This document shows, piece after piece, positions 42,690 to 52,486 of a stretch of DNA of 64,000 nucleotides. Under the pieces are notes generated by a model. That model worked only from the letters and a program-made list of their open reading frames with translations. It did not search any database and was not told the origin of the DNA. The position numbers and the translations under genes were made by a program. How positions within the stretch are numbered: position 1 is the stretch's first letter; each line of letters begins with the position of its first letter. The DNA comes from an uncultured Acidobacteriota bacterium. Lineage in GTDB: Bacteria > Acidobacteriota > Thermoanaerobaculia > Gp7-AA8. The stretch is taken from positions 1,056,001 to 1,120,000 of the forward strand of contig CAVUKB010000005.1 of assembly GCA_963741955.1 (NCBI GenBank). Direction: 5' to 3'.

Positions 42690-45600
42690 GCTTCAATGGG
42701 GCCGCTCCCTTTCGGAAGCGGAAGGGCATCTGGAATCAGGAGCAGGGTCTACTCCAGCGAATGCTTCAATGGGGCCGCTCCCTTTCGGAAGCGGAAGGGG
42801 CGCGGGCGTCGGCGCCACGTTCGGCGCGCACTGTCGAGCTTCAATGGGGCCGCTCCCTTTCGGAAGCGGAAGGTTCAAAAAGGTAGCGTTAACCTCGATG
42901 GCAAGCTTCAATGGGGCCGCTCCCTTTCGGAAGCGGAAGGCAGCCGCGCGCTGAATCGGCGGCAACTCCCTCTCGGCTTCAATGGGGCCGCTCCCTTTCG
43001 GAAGCGGAAGGTTCAAGTCCTGGCGCGCCGCATCAGCGCCGGTGATCTCGCTTCGATGGGGCCGCTCCCTTTCGGAAGCGGAAGGCCGAGCAATTAACCA
43101 ACACAGTCGCACCGTGGTGATCCTGGCTTCAATGGGGCCGCTCCCTTTCGGAAGCGGAAGGTTTGCAACTCGGCGTCGATCGCCTCGCCGTAAATGGCTT
43201 CAATGGGGCCGCTCCCTTTCGGAAGCGGAAGGTTCAACTCTCGCTCGGAGGCGGGAAGGAAAAGCTGCGCTTCAATGGGGCCGCTCCCTTTCGGAAGCGG
43301 AAGGTTCTTCCAACTCGGCGTCGTTCGCCTCGCCGGCCAAGGCTTCAATGGGGCCGCTCCCTTTCGGAAGCGGAAGGGCTCTTCCATATTTGCTGCAGCT
43401 GTTGCATGAGACCCTGCTTCAATGGGGCCGCTCCCTTTCGGAAGCGGAAGGTCTCGGAGCGGAACAACAGGATCATCGCGATCGGCAACCCGCTTCAATG
43501 GGGCCGCTCCCTTTCGGAAGCGGAAGGGTCGACGAGGTCCTCGAGGTCGTCGCGCCACACGAAGCTTCAATGGGGCCGCTCCCTTTCGGAAGCGGAAGGG
43601 CACGGCGAGGCGTTTTGCCTGATGACCTACCAGTGCGAGCTTCAATGGGGCCGCTCCCTTTCGGAAGCGGAAGGTTCGCCGCGGTGGCGCGGTTCTACGG
43701 GTTCTCACACAACGCTTCAATGGGGCCGCTCCCTTTCGGAAGCGGAAGGGCGGGGAGGCAAAATGCCAGCGCTTCAGCTTCGGGTGGCTTCAATGGGGCC
43801 GCTCCCTTTCGGAAGCGGAAGGGCGTCGATTCGTTCTCGACGAACGTTGGCGGTGCTGAATGGCTTCAATGGGGCCGCTCCCTTTCGGAAGCGGAAGGAG
43901 CGCCAGATCAACGATCTCGAAGCAATCATGGGGATCGCTTCAATGGGGCCGCTCCCTTTCGGAAGCGGAAGGAGGGGACAGTCGAGAAACTCAAGAACGC
44001 AGGGGTACTGCTTCAATGGGGCCGCTCCCTTTCGGAAGCGGAAGGTTCCTGACGGCTGACTTCCTTCGACAGAAGGTCTTCGCTTCAATGGGGCCGCTCC
44101 CTTTCGGAAGCGGAAGGCTCCGATGAACTGCTCATGGATGCAATGGAGAGCGGTAACGCTTCAATGGGGCCGCTCCCTTTCGGAAGCGGAAGGGGGGCAC
44201 TCATGGGCAAACTCCCACTCCGCGCCGATGCTTCAATGGGGCCGCTCCCTTTCGGAAGCGGAAGGGTTGATTCTTGCCGACGAAGCCGAACCGGAACTCC
44301 GGCTTCAATGGGGCCGCTCCCTTTCGGAAGCGGAAGGTGTCCAAGTGATGGGCCTCGACCTCATGCCGTGTCGCGGCTTCAATGGGGCCGCTCCCTTTCG
44401 GAAGCGGAAGGCGCTCGATCAGCTTCGCTTGAGCGCGCCAGGGCGTGGCGCTTCAATGGGGCCGCTCCCTTTCGGAAGCGGAAGGGGCGCCAGGCGCGGG
44501 AAGTCCCGCATTCCCCCCCGCGCGCAGCTTCAATGGGGCCGCTCCCTTTCGGAAGCGGAAGGTGGCCCTGCAGATCTCCCGGCTCATCCCGACGCTGCAA
44601 GCTTCAATGGGGCCGCTCCCTTTCGGAAGCGGAAGGTCGAGTCCGGGATCGAGGCGCAGAAGACCGGATTCGATGCTTCAATGGGGCCGCTCCCTTTCGG
44701 AAGCGGAAGGGTCGAGGAACTCCCGATCGAGGATGCGAGCCGAGATCGCGCTTCAATGGGGCCGCTCCCTTTCGGAAGCGGAAGGAAGGTCGAGAGGATG
44801 CGCTCGCCGTTCGGCGGTTCGATCGCGCTTCAATGGGGCCGCTCCCTTTCGGAAGCGGAAGGATCGGCGAGATCGAGTTCCGGAACATGGCACCGGGGCT
44901 GCTTCAATGGGGCCGCTCCCTTTCGGAAGCGGAAGGTTCCGCCGATGTAGAACAGTCGGTCGCCGTCCGATCGGCTTCAATGGGGCCGCTCCCTTTCGGA
45001 AGCGGAAGGGGACCAGCCATCGAGCTACCGTCGCATCTATCCGAACGCTTCAATGGGGCCGCTCCCTTTCGGAAGCGGAAGGAGCCCTTCAGGACGGAGG
45101 CCGCTCTCGCCGCTCACGCAGCTTCAATGGGGCCGCTCCCTTTCGGAAGCGGAAGGGCGTCGGGACGCCATCGAGATCTGCGCCATGTCGCTCGTGCTTC
45201 AATGGGGCCGCTCCCTTTCGGAAGCGGAAGGTCACGTTCGCGGATAGTCTGTGGGCGGAGTGTCTGATTGCTTCAATGGGGCCGCTCCCTTTCGGAAGCG
45301 GAAGGAGGCATCGAGATCAGGACTGGGATGCGGTAGCAGCAACACGCTTCAATGGGGCCGCTCCCTTTCGGAAGCGGAAGGCTGCGACCGGTCTGCGAGG
45401 GTGGCTGGACCGGCTGGGCTTCAATGGGGCCGCTCCCTTTCGGAAGCGGAAGGCTGGCACGGTTCCGGCCCCATCGCATCGCGGGCACGTCTCCGCTTCA
45501 ATGGGGCCGCTCCCTTTCGGAAGCGGAAGGCGAAGCTCTGTCTCGCCACCCTGATCGCGTACAGCACTCGCTTCAATGGGGCCGCTCCCTTTCGGAAGCG

Positions 45601-48600
45601 GAAGGCGGCGACACCGGCACGATGACGTCTCCGATGCTGGCAGAGCTTCAATGGGGCCGCTCCCTTTCGGAAGCGGAAGGGTTGCGCTACAGGTCAGCAA
45701 CCAGGTCGACGTCACGCTTCAATGGGGCCGCTCCCTTTCGGAAGCGGAAGGGCGTTTATACGGGCTCGATCGGACGCCCATACACGCGCTTCAATGGGGC
45801 CGCTCCCTTTCGGAAGCGGAAGGTTCGGTATGGCCTCTCCTCTCAGCGATGCTCACGCAGCAGCTTCAATGGGGCCGCTCCCTTTCGGAAGCGGAAGGGC
45901 GTCACGTTGCGTCACTGGCGGAGAAGGTTGTCGGGCTTCAATGGGGCCGCTCCCTTTCGGAAGCGGAAGGCCTCTGCGCCGTGATTCTCGTCTTCGACCC
46001 TGAAGCTTCAATGGGGCCGCTCCCTTTCGGAAGCGGAAGGCCGCTCCGACGCAACGGAGCGCTTCCCATGCCTGTTCAGGGCTTCAATGGGGCCGCTCCC
46101 TTTCGGAAGCGGAAGGTAGACGTCGCAAGCTGGCACCTCAGAGAATGGCTGCCCGCTTCAATGGGGCCGCTCCCTTTCGGAAGCGGAAGGTTACGATCCG
46201 CGGGGCACGTCCCAAACCATGGTGCAACCGCTTCAATGGGGCCGCTCCCTTTCGGAAGCGGAAGGATGTATCGCGCTGTGCCGTGCGTCGCATCGTGGGA
46301 GCTTCAATGGGGCCGCTCCCTTTCGGAAGCGGAAGGAACGAGCAGAACCTCATGGAGTCGACCCGGTACGGGCAGCTTCAATGGGGCCGCTCCCTTTCGG
46401 AAGCGGAAGGATACGTGCTACTGACCTTACTCTTTTGGCTTGAATCGACGCTTCAATGGGGCCGCTCCCTTTCGGAAGCGGAAGGAATGGACGACCCGCG
46501 AACAGCCGGGAAGGGCAACTACGAGCTTCAATGGGGCCGCTCCCTTTCGGAAGCGGAAGGGCCGAGATCGGACGAGCTCGAAGCATTGACGTCGATCGGC
46601 TTCAATGGGGCCGCTCCCTTTCGGAAGCGGAAGGCGGCGACGCAGCTCGCGCATCGACGCTCCTGACGCTCATGCTTCAATGGGGCCGCTCCCTTTCGGA
46701 AGCGGAAGGACGACGTTGTACCAGACATGATGACGAACGTCGACATGGGGCTTCAATGGGGCCGCTCCCTTTCGGAAGCGGAAGGATGCCCGATCGGGCG
46801 GAAGGGAGCGACGGGAACATGCGGCTTCAATGGGGCCGCTCCCTTTCGGAAGCGGAAGGATGCTCCGCGCACTGCGTGCAGCGCCTCGCCAGAGCGGCGC
46901 TTCAATGGGGCCGCTCCCTTTCGGAAGCGGAAGGCCCCGCTGCGCCGGCGTCGATCGGGGCTTCAGCGTCGGAGCTTCAATGGGGCCGCTCCCTTTCGGA
47001 AGCGGAAGGCTCGGGTCAGACTGCTCGAAGGTCAGGAAAAGTGCGATGCTTCAATGGGGCCGCTCCCTTTCGGAAGCGGAAGGTCGCTGACGAACTATCG
47101 GTCAGCAAACAGCTGCTGTGCTTCAATGGGGCCGCTCCCTTTCGGAAGCGGAAGGCTCCGCGCGTACGGTAAGCGCTGCGACCGAAAGACTGCGCGCTTC
47201 AATGGGGCCGCTCCCTTTCGGAAGCGGAAGGGCCAGCATCGATCTGCGATCGTGCAGCCGACGTCGAGCTTCAATGGGGCCGCTCCCTTTCGGAAGCGGA
47301 AGGTCGCTGCGATCGCGAGTCTGTCCGCGGGCGCTAGTGCTTCAATGGGGCCGCTCCCTTTCGGAAGCGGAAGGTGGCATCGACGACAGCGCAGACGCGG
47401 AGCAGCATGCACGCTTCAATGGGGCCGCTCCCTTTCGGAAGCGGAAGGTCGCCGATGCTGATCGACAATCTCTGCTTACCGTCGACGCTTCAATGGGGCC
47501 GCTCCCTTTCGGAAGCGGAAGGCGGCCGGACAGTCCTATGTCTGGACGCACCTGTGCCGTAGCTTCAATGGGGCCGCTCCCTTTCGGAAGCGGAAGGCAG
47601 CGCGAATTTCATCATGCTCGCTCGGGCAAGAGGTGTGGGCTTCAATGGGGCCGCTCCCTTTCGGAAGCGGAAGGCTTTAACTATCTGCCACGAAGAATCG
47701 GCAGAATTTCCGCTTCAATGGGGCCGCTCCCTTTCGGAAGCGGAAGGTGCGGGAAGCAACTCGGGAGCAACTCGGGAATGCGGGCTTCAATGGGGCCGCT
47801 CCCTTTCGGAAGCGGAAGGGCTTCGTGAGTCGCATCCCCTCGGGGAAGATCTTCGCGCTTCAATGGGGCCGCTCCCTTTCGGAAGCGGAAGGGGTTGCTC
47901 CCGAATGAGACGGAGTACAGGTGCGGCGGCTTCAATGGGGCCGCTCCCTTTCGGAAGCGGAAGGCAAGAGTCTGGAAGTGTTCGACGAGTCTCGGCCAGC
48001 CCCTCGCTTCAATGGGGCCGCTCCCTTTCGGAAGCGGAAGGTCCGACGGCGAAATCGCATCGCAGTATACCGGAATGACGCTTCAATGGGGCCGCTCCCT
48101 TTCGGAAGCGGAAGGATGCCACGAATCTCGCGACGGACCTTGTGACGGATGCCGCGCTTCAATGGGGCCGCTCCCTTTCGGAAGCGGAAGGATGTGCTGG
48201 GAGCCGGTGACGCTTGCTCACACCCCGCAGCTTCAATGGGGCCGCTCCCTTTCGGAAGCGGAAGGCCGGTTGAAGGACAGGATGGAAGACATCTCGGGCG
48301 TGGCTTCAATGGGGCCGCTCCCTTTCGGAAGCGGAAGGCGACCGGCTCTACCTTCTTCAATACTCCTCGTGCCATGCTTCAATGGGGCCGCTCCCTTTCG
48401 GAAGCGGAAGGTTCGGCTTCGATTTGACCGATCGTCATGAATGCCTGGCGCTTCAATGGGGCCGCTCCCTTTCGGAAGCGGAAGGCTCGCTTCGTGGGAT
48501 GCGATCGCCGCGAAGCGGAAGCTTCAATGGGGCCGCTCCCTTTCGGAAGCGGAAGGCGAGTCACCATTCCGGCCTTGCACTTTCCCCAGCTATCGCTTCA

Positions 48601-48704
48601 ATGGGGCCGCTCCCTTTCGGAAGCGGAAGGACAGCAGCCCTTAAACTACTGTCGAATTTAGCCACCTCGCTTCAATGGGGCCGCTCCCTTTCGGAAGCGG
48701 AAGG
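42690..48704 (-). CRISPR. CRISPR array, ~82 repeats and ~81 spacers (manual count), type I-G-like repeat
   Basis: 36-bp repeat GCTTCAATGGGGCCGCTCCCTTTCGGAAGCGGAAGG; minus strand ends ATTGAAGC and has a CCGCT...AGCGG hairpin; spacers about 31-41 bp; leader on the cas2 side. Confidence 0.98.
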
Positions 48705-48921
48705 GGTCCGTGTGCAACTCTCGTTTTTCCAATTCGATGGGAGGTCGTTTGCGAGCGGTGGCCGGCCATGCGACCGGATTTCAATGGGCAACTCTCTTCG
48801 ATTGTCAAAGAGCCCCGCCATTCCGCCGCGAGCGGTGCCCGCCATCATCTCCGGCACCGGACCGCTCGCACACGCGAAGCCGGGGGACGCGCACGGCCAG
48901 TCCATCATTCGCTCCATTCTC
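48705..48921 (-). promoter_or_regulatory. CRISPR leader
   Basis: Between cas2 and the first repeat; AT-richer; TTGACA on the minus strand; TGCGAGCGGT/ACCGCTCGCA inverted pair. Confidence 0.7.
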
Positions 48922-49215
48922 TCAGAAGATCTTCGGGCCGGGAAGCTCGAAGTTGCGAGGCCTGCCGAGGACCTCGATGCCGCCCACCACCGCGGGACTG
49001 CTCTTCCCCAGATCGATGATCAGCACCTGGTCCTCGTGATGATGAATCAGATCGTCGATCCGGCTGCGCAGCACCGCATGCTGCTCCGCCGTCAGATCGC
49101 AGCGGAACACGCTCAGCTGCACGTGCTCGCCGAACCCCTGCATCTCGCGGAAGATGCGCCGCCATCGCTTCGGCGAGGAAATGTCGTACGTCACCAGATA
49201 ACAGCGCAGCTGCAT
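48922..49215 (-). CDS. cas2: Cas2
   Basis: YLVTYDISSPKRWR, GEHVQLSVFRC, DQVLIIDLG. Confidence 0.95.
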   Translation of the reverse strand: MQLRCYLVTYDISSPKRWRRIFREMQGFGEHVQLSVFRCDLTAEQHAVLRSRIDDLIHHHEDQVLIIDLGKSSPAVVGGIEVLGRPRNFELPGPKIF

Positions 49216-49222
49216 CGGCGCC

Positions 49223-50893
49223 TCACCGGATCCGGTAGGGAACGTACCGCTCGATCTCCCCCATCAGCCACCGCGCCACCAGCCTAGCCTCGATCATGAA
49301 GAGCCGCCGGTACGCACAGCGGTAGCCGAAGAGCGGATGCGTCACCTCGATCGCCATTCTCCGCTCGTACGCCTCCAGCATCCGTCTGCGTGCGGCGGTC
49401 TTCAGCAGCATTCCCCCTTCGACTTCGTAGAAGTCCGAAGGCGCGATCTCTCCGTTGTTGATCACCCCGATCACGGTGCTGTCGGCGACCACGGGCCGGA
49501 ACGGCTCCATCAGGTCGAGCGCGAGCGCCGGCTTCCCGTACTTCGGCGTGTGATAGAAGCCCATCATGGGATCGAATCCGATCGTCTCGAGCGTGGTGAC
49601 CCAATCCTTCGTCAGGAGTGAATACGCGAACGAGAGGAGGGCGTTCACCCGATCCTTCGGCGGACGGCGGTTGCGGCCGTCGAGCTCGAACCCTCCGAGG
49701 CCGTCCCGCGCTTTCAACATCGACGCGAATCCCGCGTAATAGATCCGAGCCGCGGAGCCTTCGATACCGAGGAGCTCTTCGAGATCGTTCGAACGGGCGG
49801 CGGCCGCAGCGAATCCCTTGAGAATCTCGAGATCCCTCTCGTCGACGCTTCCATTACGCCGCAGCATCACGCGGGAGTTGTCGATCTTCGCCGCCACGAT
49901 CTCGCGCGCGACATCCACGCGACGCCCGGCATCCCGCGCCGCCGCGAACTGCTCGATCCGGAGCTCCACGTTCTTGTGCGTCGCACCACGAGTGATTCCG
50001 TGCAGCCATCCCGTCCCGCTCATGTGCGCGATCAGGATTCCGCGCCGGAGGCACTCGCGAAACACCGAGGGGGACGCCTGCGCTGCGCCGACGAGCACGA
50101 GCTGCGAGACGCGCACCAGAGGAACGCTCCCCTCCTCCTTTCCCTCGCGCATCACACGGAGGCGCGATCCGCAGAGACGCACCACGCTCCCCGGCTCCTG
50201 CACGATCAGCGGTTCCGTCCCGTCGTTAACCACCGCGATCGGCCTCACTTTCTCCGCGCCCCTCCGAAGGAAGTTCACCTCCTCGGGGAGACAGATCGAC
50301 ACGAGCGAGCAGCGCGGGCATTTCGGGTTGTCTTCGAGCGGCGGCGGAATCCGGTCGTTCGCGAGCGTGGCGCGCATCGCTCGGAGGAGGTCCATCGTCC
50401 GCGCGACGAGATCGGCCGTGAAGCGGACGCGCACCCGATCGCGCGACGCGTTGAAGTAGAGAAGGCCTTCGTTGCATTCGTACCCTTCCTCGCGGAGAAG
50501 GAGTCCCTGCGCGCAGAGCTGAACCCGCTCCGGCTCCCACGCTCCTGCAGCGACCGGCGGGCGCTTGCCGCGCTTGTAGTCGACGGGACGGACGCGTTTC
50601 CCGTCGCGCTCGATGAGATCGATGACGGCGGTGAGCCCGAGGGTCTCGCTGGTGAGGTGAACTGATCGCGTGTGAAGCGTGACGCGCGAACCCTCCGGCC
50701 GGTCGACGTTGCGGTGGACGTGTTTTCCCTCGATCGTCTCGACGTTGTCCTTCCACTCCCCCTGGGTCCATTCGAGATACGCGAGGCGCGGACAGTATGT
50801 GAATTCGTTGAGCATCCGCGCAGGAATGTGCGCGGGGACGCTCGTCAGTGGCTGCGGCTTCGGTTCAGGCGGCTCGAGGATCGTTTCGCTCAT
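49223..50893 (-). CDS. cas1: Cas4-Cas1 fusion (type I-G hallmark)
   Basis: YCPR, VDYKRG, QLCAQ, CPRCSLVSIC (Cas4); GIEG, RRPPKDRVNALLS, GFYH, LDLMEPFRP (Cas1). Confidence 0.95.
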   Translation of the reverse strand: MSETILEPPEPKPQPLTSVPAHIPARMLNEFTYCPRLAYLEWTQGEWKDNVETIEGKHVHRNVDRPEGSRVTLHTRSVHLTSETLGLTAVIDLIERDGKRVRPVDYKRGKRPPVAAGAWEPERVQLCAQGLLLREEGYECNEGLLYFNASRDRVRVRFTADLVARTMDLLRAMRATLANDRIPPPLEDNPKCPRCSLVSICLPEEVNFLRRGAEKVRPIAVVNDGTEPLIVQEPGSVVRLCGSRLRVMREGKEEGSVPLVRVSQLVLVGAAQASPSVFRECLRRGILIAHMSGTGWLHGITRGATHKNVELRIEQFAAARDAGRRVDVAREIVAAKIDNSRVMLRRNGSVDERDLEILKGFAAAAARSNDLEELLGIEGSAARIYYAGFASMLKARDGLGGFELDGRNRRPPKDRVNALLSFAYSLLTKDWVTTLETIGFDPMMGFYHTPKYGKPALALDLMEPFRPVVADSTVIGVINNGEIAPSDFYEVEGGMLLKTAARRRMLEAYERRMAIEVTHPLFGYRCAYRRLFMIEARLVARWLMGEIERYVPYRIR

Positions 50894-50920
50894 GATCCCG
50901 CAGCGTAGCGCCGCGGGATG

Positions 50921-51724
50921 TCAGTTTCTGTCAGGGAGTGTGCGGGAATCGTCGGACCTGTCGGACTTGTCGGACCTGTCCGACCTGTCCGACTTGTCCG
51001 ACTTGTCCGACCTGTCCGACGATTCGTACGCGCGAGTCCCGGAGCACTGTGGATACGCACGACACCCCCGGAAGCGGCTGCCGGCACGCGGACCGTTCCG
51101 GACGGTGCGCAGAACCATCGGCTCGCCGCAGCGGGGACACGCCAGCACTTCCGCTTCCTGCGAGGCCGCGCGGGCTTCGGTGCGCTTCCGGTAGAGCCGC
51201 TCGGTGAAACCGCCGTTTCGTAGAAAGTCCTGCTCGAGTCGCGCGATCTGCCGGCCAAGAAGATAGATCGCCTGATTGACCAGGCAGAGCATGATGTTGG
51301 CGAAGATCGCCGGTAGAGCTCCTTCGAGCTCGGCGAACTGGAACTCTCCCGATTGCAGGCGCCGGCGGGCATCACGTGCCTCGGGTGAGTCCTTCTCCCA
51401 GGCCCGAAGCCGGCGGTGTCTCAGAAAATCCTCGTAATCGAGGAGCAGCTCGCCGAGGCTGGCTCGCGCGACGTTGGTGAGCTTGAGCTCCGTCTTCTTC
51501 GACGTCGCCGACGCGAGACTCCCCTCGGCGATGTTCTGCCGTCCGCTGCGCGCCGCCTGGACCATCTGGTCGTGTGTGCGCGAGCGCTTGTCGATGAAGC
51601 GGTCGCAGAAGACGACTGTGGCGTCGTAGATCTTCTCGGCTGCCTGAAAGCTCCGGAGACGGCGGTAGCCGCCATGCGGCGGGATCAGGCCCGGAGGCTC
51701 TTCGCCTTTGTGCGCGTTCGCCAT
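50921..51724 (-). CDS. Four-helix-bundle protein (TIGR02436-like) with suffix domain and topoisomerase-type C4 zinc finger
   Basis: DQMVQAARSGRQNIAEGS, VARASLGELLLDYEDF, GGFTERLY, CPRCG...GCRAYPQC. Confidence 0.88.
   Translation of the reverse strand: MANAHKGEEPPGLIPPHGGYRRLRSFQAAEKIYDATVVFCDRFIDKRSRTHDQMVQAARSGRQNIAEGSLASATSKKTELKLTNVARASLGELLLDYEDFLRHRRLRAWEKDSPEARDARRRLQSGEFQFAELEGALPAIFANIMLCLVNQAIYLLGRQIARLEQDFLRNGGFTERLYRKRTEARAASQEAEVLACPRCGEPMVLRTVRNGPRAGSRFRGCRAYPQCSGTRAYESSDRSDKSDKSDRSDRSDKSDRSDDSRTLPDRN
50951..51020. repeat. 9-mer tract (GACCTGTCS/GACTTGTCS) x~7
   Basis: Directly visible at the 3' end of the four-helix gene. Confidence 0.9.
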
Positions 51725-51794
51725 ACGGTCCGGAGCATACCTCGGCGATCCGGGGGCTCTACGGTGGGTGGAATTCGGCCGTGGCACCGTCAAT

Positions 51795-51830
51795 CTGTCG
51801 GACAGGGTCGACAGGTCCGACAGGTCCGAC
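51795..51830. repeat. 9-mer tract (GACAGGTCC) inverted relative to 50951-51020
   Basis: Directly visible upstream of the four-helix gene. Confidence 0.8.
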
Positions 51831-51837
51831 GCGCGGT

Positions 51838-52250
51838 TCACGCCGTCGCGCGCTTCTTCATCGCCTCGTCGAGAAACGCGGCGAACGACTCGCTGGAGAG
51901 ATCGAAATCTTCTTTCATTCTCAAGCGGATCTTGTCGGTCCTCTCGTTGCGGCGTGAAACATTCACGGAGCTCGGAAGCCCTAATTTTTCCGACAGTGAT
52001 TCGTCGGAATCGTATCTCGCGGCCCCGAGTCGTTCGGCGAGAGCTGCGCCTTCGAAGGCCTCCATTTTCCCCGCTTGATCTCGATGATCACGGCGTTCCC
52101 CTGCGGGTCGAGTGCGAGAAGATCAACGGTCTCGGACGTCGGGAATGATCACCTGTCGTCCGATCACCAGGAGCGGTTCACGGAGAATAGAAGGATCTGC
52201 GGCGATCCGCTCCTCGAGCCTCTCTTCGAGGAACTTCTTGGAGAGGCACA
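51838..52250 (-). pseudogene. NucS/DUF91-like PD-(D/E)xK endonuclease remnant
   Basis: LEERIAADPSILREPLLVIGRQVIIPDVRDR*, then a frameshift near 52125 to DLLALDPQGNAVIIEIKRGK, then a short C-terminal ORF. Confidence 0.65.
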
Positions 52251-52486
52251 CGGCTCTCCTTCGAAGTCGATCAGAATTGCAGCGGCGACAAGCTCTCTAG
52301 CCCCAATGGCCCGAACTAACTTAAGGGGCACTGTGGGTGTTCACAGAGCCGATGCGCGGAGTTACTGCGCATCTGCCGCAGGTGTCGCCTCGTTGCGTTC
52401 TGAAGGCGATCTGCGCGGCCACGGCCGGAGCCGTGGCGCCCCTCGGAGAGGGGATCCTTCGCTGCCCAGCAAGCTCGCGCAGACTC

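Noticed and set aside
42690-48704. Self-targeting spacers within the window
   Set aside because: None noticed by eye; an alignment is needed, so this is not excluded.
42578-49287. Many ORFs with ASMGPLPFGSGR / LQWGRSLSEAEG / FNGAAPFRKRK repeats
   Set aside because: These are translations of the CRISPR repeat, not genes.
50921-51724. DGR (Avd-like gene) or rRNA intervening sequence
   Set aside because: No reverse transcriptase, TR/VR pair or rRNA sequence is in the window.
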